The notes under the pieces were generated by a model. That model saw only the letters and a program-made list of their open reading frames with translations, was not told where the DNA came from and did no database searches. This document shows positions 8,609 through 13,852 of a DNA stretch of 13,852 nucleotides, one piece after another (the first letter of the stretch is position 1; each line of letters begins with the position of its first letter). The stretch comes from Naegleria gruberi (lineage: Eukaryota): NCBI GenBank assembly GCA_000004985.1, contig GG738956.1. One strand, written 5' to 3'. Both the position numbers and the translations under genes were made by a program.

Positions 8609-11600
8609 NNNNNNNNNNNNNNNNNNNNNNNNNNNNNNNNNNNNNNNNNNNNNNNNNNNNNNNNNNNNNNNNNNNNNNNNNNNNNNNNNNNNNNNNNNNN
8701 NNNNNNNNNNNNNNNNNNNNNNNNNNNNNNNNNNNNNNNNNNNNNNNNNNNNNNNNNNNNNNNNNNNNNNNNNNNNNNNNNNNNNNNNNNNNNNNNNNNN
8801 NNNNNNNNNNNNNNNNNNNNNNNNNNNNNNNNNNNNNNNNNNNNNNNNNNNNNNNNNNNNNNNNNNNNNNNNNNNNNNNNNNNNNNNNNNNNNNNNNNNN
8901 NNNNNNNNNNNNNNNNNNNNNNNNNNNNNNNNNNNNNNNNNNNNNNNNNNNNNNNNNNNNNNNNNNNNNNNNNNNNNNNNNNNNNNNNNNNNNNNNNNNN
9001 NNNNNNNNNNNNNNNNNNNNNNNNNNNNNNNNNNNNNNNNNNNNNNNNNNNNNNNNNNNNNNNNNNNNNNNNNNNNNNNNNNNNNNNNNNNNNNNNNNNN
9101 NNNNNNNNNNNNNNNNNNNNNNNNNNNNNNNNNNNNNNNNNNNNNNNNNNNNNNNNNNNNNNNNNNNNNNNNNNNNNNNNNNNNNNNNNNNNNNNNNNNN
9201 NNNNNNNNNNNNNNNNNNNNNNNNNNNNNNNNNNNNNNNNNNNNNNNNNNNNNNNNNNNNNNNNNNNNNNNNNNNNNNNNNNNNNNNNNNNNNNNNNNNN
9301 NNNNNNNNNNNNNNNNNNNNNNNNNNNNNNNNNNNNNNNNNNNNNNNNNNNNNNNNNNNNNNNNNNNNNNNNNNNNNNNNNNNNNNNNNNNNNNNNNNNN
9401 NNNNNNNNNNNNNNNNNNNNNNNNNNNNNNNNNNNNNNNNNNNNNNNNNNNNNNNNNNNNNNNNNNNNNNNNNNNNNNNNNNNNNNNNNNNNNNNNNNNN
9501 NNNNNNNNNNNNNNNNNNNNNNNNNNNNNNNNNNNNNNNNNNNNNNNNNNNNNNNNNNNNNNNNNNNNNNNNNNNNNNNNNNNNNNNNNNNNNNNNNNNN
9601 NNNNNNNNNNNNNNNNNNNNNNNNNNNNNNNNNNNNNNNNNNNNNNNNNNNNNNNNNNNNNNNNNNNNNNNNNNNNNNNNNNNNNNNNNNNNNNNNNNNN
9701 NNNNNNNNNNNNNNNNNNNNNNNNNNNNNNNNNNNNNNNNNNNNNNNNNNNNNNNNNNNNNNNNNNNNNNNNNNNNNNNNNNNNNNNNNNNNNNNNNNNN
9801 NNNNNNNNNNNNNNNNNNNNNNNNNNNNNNNNNNNNNNNNNNNNNNNNNNNNNNNNNNNNNNNNNNNNNNNNNNNNNNNNNNNNNNNNNNNNNNNNNNNN
9901 NNNNNNNNNNNNNNNNNNNNNNNNNNNNNNNNNNNNNNNNNNNNNNNNNNNNNNNNNNNNNNNNNNNNNNNNNNNNNNNNNNNNNNNNNNNNNNNNNNNN
10001 NNNNNNNNNNNNNNNNNNNNNNNNNNNNNNNNNNNNNNNNNNNNNNNNNNNNNNNNNNNNNNNNNNNNNNNNNNNNNNNNNNNNNNNNNNNNNNNNNNNN
10101 NNNNNNNNNNNNNNNNNNNNNNNNNNNNNNNNNNNNNNNNNNNNNNNNNNNNNNNNNNNNNNNNNNNNNNNNNNNNNNNNNNNNNNNNNNNNNNNNNNNN
10201 NNNNNNNNNNNNNNNNNNNNNNNNNNNNNNNNNNNNNNNNNNNNNNNNNNNNNNNNNNNNNNNNNNNNNNNNNNNNNNNNNNNNNNNNNNNNNNNNNNNN
10301 NNNNNNNNNNNNNNNNNNNNNNNNNNNNNNNNNNNNNNNNNNNNNNNNNNNNNNNNNNNNNNNNNNNNNNNNNNNNNNNNNNNNNNNNNNNNNNNNNNNN
10401 NNNNNNNNNNNNNNNNNNNNNNNNNNNNNNNNNNNNNNNNNNNNNNNNNNNNNNNNNNNNNNNNNNNNNNNNNNNNNNNNNNNNNNNNNNNNNNNNNNNN
10501 NNNNNNNNNNNNNNNNNNNNNNNNNNNNNNNNNNNNNNNNNNNNNNNNNNNNNNNNNNNNNNNNNNNNNNNNNNNNNNNNNNNNNNNNNNNNNNNNNNNN
10601 NNNNNNNNNNNNNNNNNNNNNNNNNNNNNNNNNNNNNNNNNNNNNNNNNNNNNNNNNNNNNNNNNNNNNNNNNNNNNNNNNNNNNNNNNNNNNNNNNNNN
10701 NNNNNNNNNNNNNNNNNNNNNNNNNNNNNNNNNNNNNNNNNNNNNNNNNNNNNNNNNNNNNNNNNNNNNNNNNNNNNNNNNNNNNNNNNNNNNNNNNNNN
10801 NNNNNNNNNNNNNNNNNNNNNNNNNNNNNNNNNNNNNNNNNNNNNNNNNNNNNNNNNNNNNNNNNNNNNNNNNNNNNNNNNNNNNNNNNNNNNNNNNNNN
10901 NNNNNNNNNNNNNNNNNNNNNNNNNNNNNNNNNNNNNNNNNNNNNNNNNNNNNNNNNNNNNNNNNNNNNNNNNNNNNNNNNNNNNNNNNNNNNNNNNNNN
11001 NNNNNNNNNNNNNNNNNNNNNNNNNNNNNNNNNNNNNNNNNNNNNNNNNNNNNNNNNNNNNNNNNNNNNNNNNNNNNNNNNNNNNNNNNNNNNNNNNNNN
11101 NNNNNNNNNNNNNNNNNNNNNNNNNNNNNNNNNNNNNNNNNNNNNNNNNNNNNNNNNNNNNNNNNNNNNNNNNNNNNNNNNNNNNNNNNNNNNNNNNNNN
11201 NNNNNNNNNNNNNNNNNNNNNNNNNNNNNNNNNNNNNNNNNNNNNNNNNNNNNNNNNNNNNNNNNNNNNNNNNNNNNNNNNNNNNNNNNNNNNNNNNNNN
11301 NNNNNNNNNNNNNNNNNNNNNNNNNNNNNNNNNNNNNNNNNNNNNNNNNNNNNNNNNNNNNNNNNNNNNNNNNNNNNNNNNNNNNNNNNNNNNNNNNNNN
11401 NNNNNNNNNNNNNNNNNNNNNNNNNNNNNNNNNNNNNNNNNNNNNNNNNNNNNNNNNNNNNNNNNNNNNNNNNNNNNNNNNNNNNNNNNNNNNNNNNNNN
11501 NNNNNNNNNNNNNNNNNNNNNNNNNNNNNNNNNNNNNNNNNNNNNNNNNNNNNNNNNNNNNNNNNNNNNNNNNNNNNNNNNNNNNNNNNNNNNNNNNNNN

Positions 11601-13773
11601 NNNNNNNNNNNNNNNNNNNNNNNNNNNNNNNNNNNNNNNNNNNNNNNNNNNNNNNNNNNNNNNNNNNNNNNNNNNNNNNNNNNNNNNNNNNNNNNNNNNN
11701 NNNNNNNNNNNNNNNNNNNNNNNNNNNNNNNNNNNNNNNNNNNNNNNNNNNNNNNNNNNNNNNNNNNNNNNNNNNNNNNNNNNNNNNNNNNNNNNNNNNN
11801 NNNNNNNNNNNNNNNNNNNNNNNNNNNNNNNNNNNNNNNNNNNNNNNNNNNNNNNNNNNNNNNNNNNNNNNNNNNNNNNNNNNNNNNNNNNNNNNNNNNN
11901 NNNNNNNNNNNNNNNNNNNNNNNNNNNNNNNNNNNNNNNNNNNNNNNNNNNNNNNNNNNNNNNNNNNNNNNNNNNNNNNNNNNNNNNNNNNNNNNNNNNN
12001 NNNNNNNNNNNNNNNNNNNNNNNNNNNNNNNNNNNNNNNNNNNNNNNNNNNNNNNNNNNNNNNNNNNNNNNNNNNNNNNNNNNNNNNNNNNNNNNNNNNN
12101 NNNNNNNNNNNNNNNNNNNNNNNNNNNNNNNNNNNNNNNNNNNNNNNNNNNNNNNNNNNNNNNNNNNNNNNNNNNNNNNNNNNNNNNNNNNNNNNNNNNN
12201 NNNNNNNNNNNNNNNNNNNNNNNNNNNNNNNNNNNNNNNNNNNNNNNNNNNNNNNNNNNNNNNNNNNNNNNNNNNNNNNNNNNNNNNNNNNNNNNNNNNN
12301 NNNNNNNNNNNNNNNNNNNNNNNNNNNNNNNNNNNNNNNNNNNNNNNNNNNNNNNNNNNNNNNNNNNNNNNNNNNNNNNNNNNNNNNNNNNNNNNNNNNN
12401 NNNNNNNNNNNNNNNNNNNNNNNNNNNNNNNNNNNNNNNNNNNNNNNNNNNNNNNNNNNNNNNNNNNNNNNNNNNNNNNNNNNNNNNNNNNNNNNNNNNN
12501 NNNNNNNNNNNNNNNNNNNNNNNNNNNNNNNNNNNNNNNNNNNNNNNNNNNNNNNNNNNNNNNNNNNNNNNNNNNNNNNNNNNNNNNNNNNNNNNNNNNN
12601 NNNNNNNNNNNNNNNNNNNNNNNNNNNNNNNNNNNNNNNNNNNNNNNNNNNNNNNNNNNNNNNNNNNNNNNNNNNNNNNNNNNNNNNNNNNNNNNNNNNN
12701 NNNNNNNNNNNNNNNNNNNNNNNNNNNNNNNNNNNNNNNNNNNNNNNNNNNNNNNNNNNNNNNNNNNNNNNNNNNNNNNNNNNNNNNNNNNNNNNNNNNN
12801 NNNNNNNNNNNNNNNNNNNNNNNNNNNNNNNNNNNNNNNNNNNNNNNNNNNNNNNNNNNNNNNNNNNNNNNNNNNNNNNNNNNNNNNNNNNNNNNNNNNN
12901 NNNNNNNNNNNNNNNNNNNNNNNNNNNNNNNNNNNNNNNNNNNNNNNNNNNNNNNNNNNNNNNNNNNNNNNNNNNNNNNNNNNNNNNNNNNNNNNNNNNN
13001 NNNNNNNNNNNNNNNNNNNNNNNNNNNNNNNNNNNNNNNNNNNNNNNNNNNNNNNNNNNNNNNNNNNNNNNNNNNNNNNNNNNNNNNNNNNNNNNNNNNN
13101 NNNNNNNNNNNNNNNNNNNNNNNNNNNNNNNNNNNNNNNNNNNNNNNNNNNNNNNNNNNNNNNNNNNNNNNNNNNNNNNNNNNNNNNNNNNNNNNNNNNN
13201 NNNNNNNNNNNNNNNNNNNNNNNNNNNNNNNNNNNNNNNNNNNNNNNNNNNNNNNNNNNNNNNNNNNNNNNNNNNNNNNNNNNNNNNNNNNNNNNNNNNN
13301 NNNNNNNNNNNNNNNNNNNNNNNNNNNNNNNNNNNNNNNNNNNNNNNNNNNNNNNNNNNNNNNNNNNNNNNNNNNNNNNNNNNNNNNNNNNNNNNNNNNN
13401 NNNNNNNNNNNNNNNNNNNNNNNNNNNNNNNNNNNNNNNNNNNNNNNNNNNNNNNNNNNNNNNNNNNNNNNNNNNNNNNNNNNNNNNNNNNNNNNNNNNN
13501 NNNNNNNNNNNNNNNNNNNNNNNNNNNNNNNNNNNNNNNNNNNNNNNNNNNNNNNNNNNNNNNNNNNNNNNNNNNNNNNNNNNNNNNNNNNNNNNNNNNN
13601 NNNNNNNNNNNNNNNNNNNNNNNNNNNNNNNNNNNNNNNNNNNNNNNNNNNNNNNNNNNNNNNNNNNNNNNNNNNNNNNNNNNNNNNNNNNNNNNNNNNN
13701 NNNNNNNNNNNNNNNNNNNNNNNNNNNNNNNNNNNNNNNNNNNNNNNNNNNNNNNNNNNNNNNNNNNNNNNNN
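8609..13773. other. Run of 5165 N: assembly gap or masked sequence with no information.
   Basis: Contiguous n characters. The four ORF-track entries spanning 8548-13840 are artefacts. Confidence 0.99.
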
Positions 13774-13852
13774 CAACAATACACACATGATGATTGTAAA
13801 TCCACTGAATGTTATCTACACATGTGTTTTCACCTTCCAAATTACAACCTTA

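Noticed and set aside
8548-13840. Four ORF-track entries spanning the second gap (8548..13788-, 8562..13790+, 8571..13805-, 8606..13840-)
   Set aside because: All consist of translated N. The flanking real residues amount to about 15-25 aa and cannot support any call.
13774-13852. 79-nt tail after the second gap
   Set aside because: Too short to interpret. No recognisable motif.

Overview
This 13.85-kb window has only about 4.0 kb of readable sequence: 1-1502, 6148-8608 and 13774-13852. The other 9.8 kb is two N runs (1503-6147 and 8609-13773), so the long ORFs reported across them are artefacts. The readable DNA looks like AT-rich eukaryotic nuclear DNA, not a prokaryotic locus. Four things point that way: a tRNA-Ser(UGA) with a pol III T-run just downstream, canonical GTAAGT donor motifs, a BSDC1-like (BSD-domain) protein N-terminus, and an ankyrin-repeat coding unit. 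I cannot name the organism. The tRNA gene is sound, and the BSDC1-like CDS start is well supported. The most unusual feature is at 1-1502: a higher-order tandem array of five near-identical 87-nt segments whose minus strand translates cleanly as a 29-aa ankyrin-type repeat. Each segment is bounded by GTAAGT-donor-like and AG-acceptor-like motifs. The segments are separated by 4, 6, 8 and 7 copies of a 41-nt minisatellite that itself carries the donor motif. No CRISPR array, operon or defence-system architecture is visible. Whatever lies in the gaps cannot be assessed.
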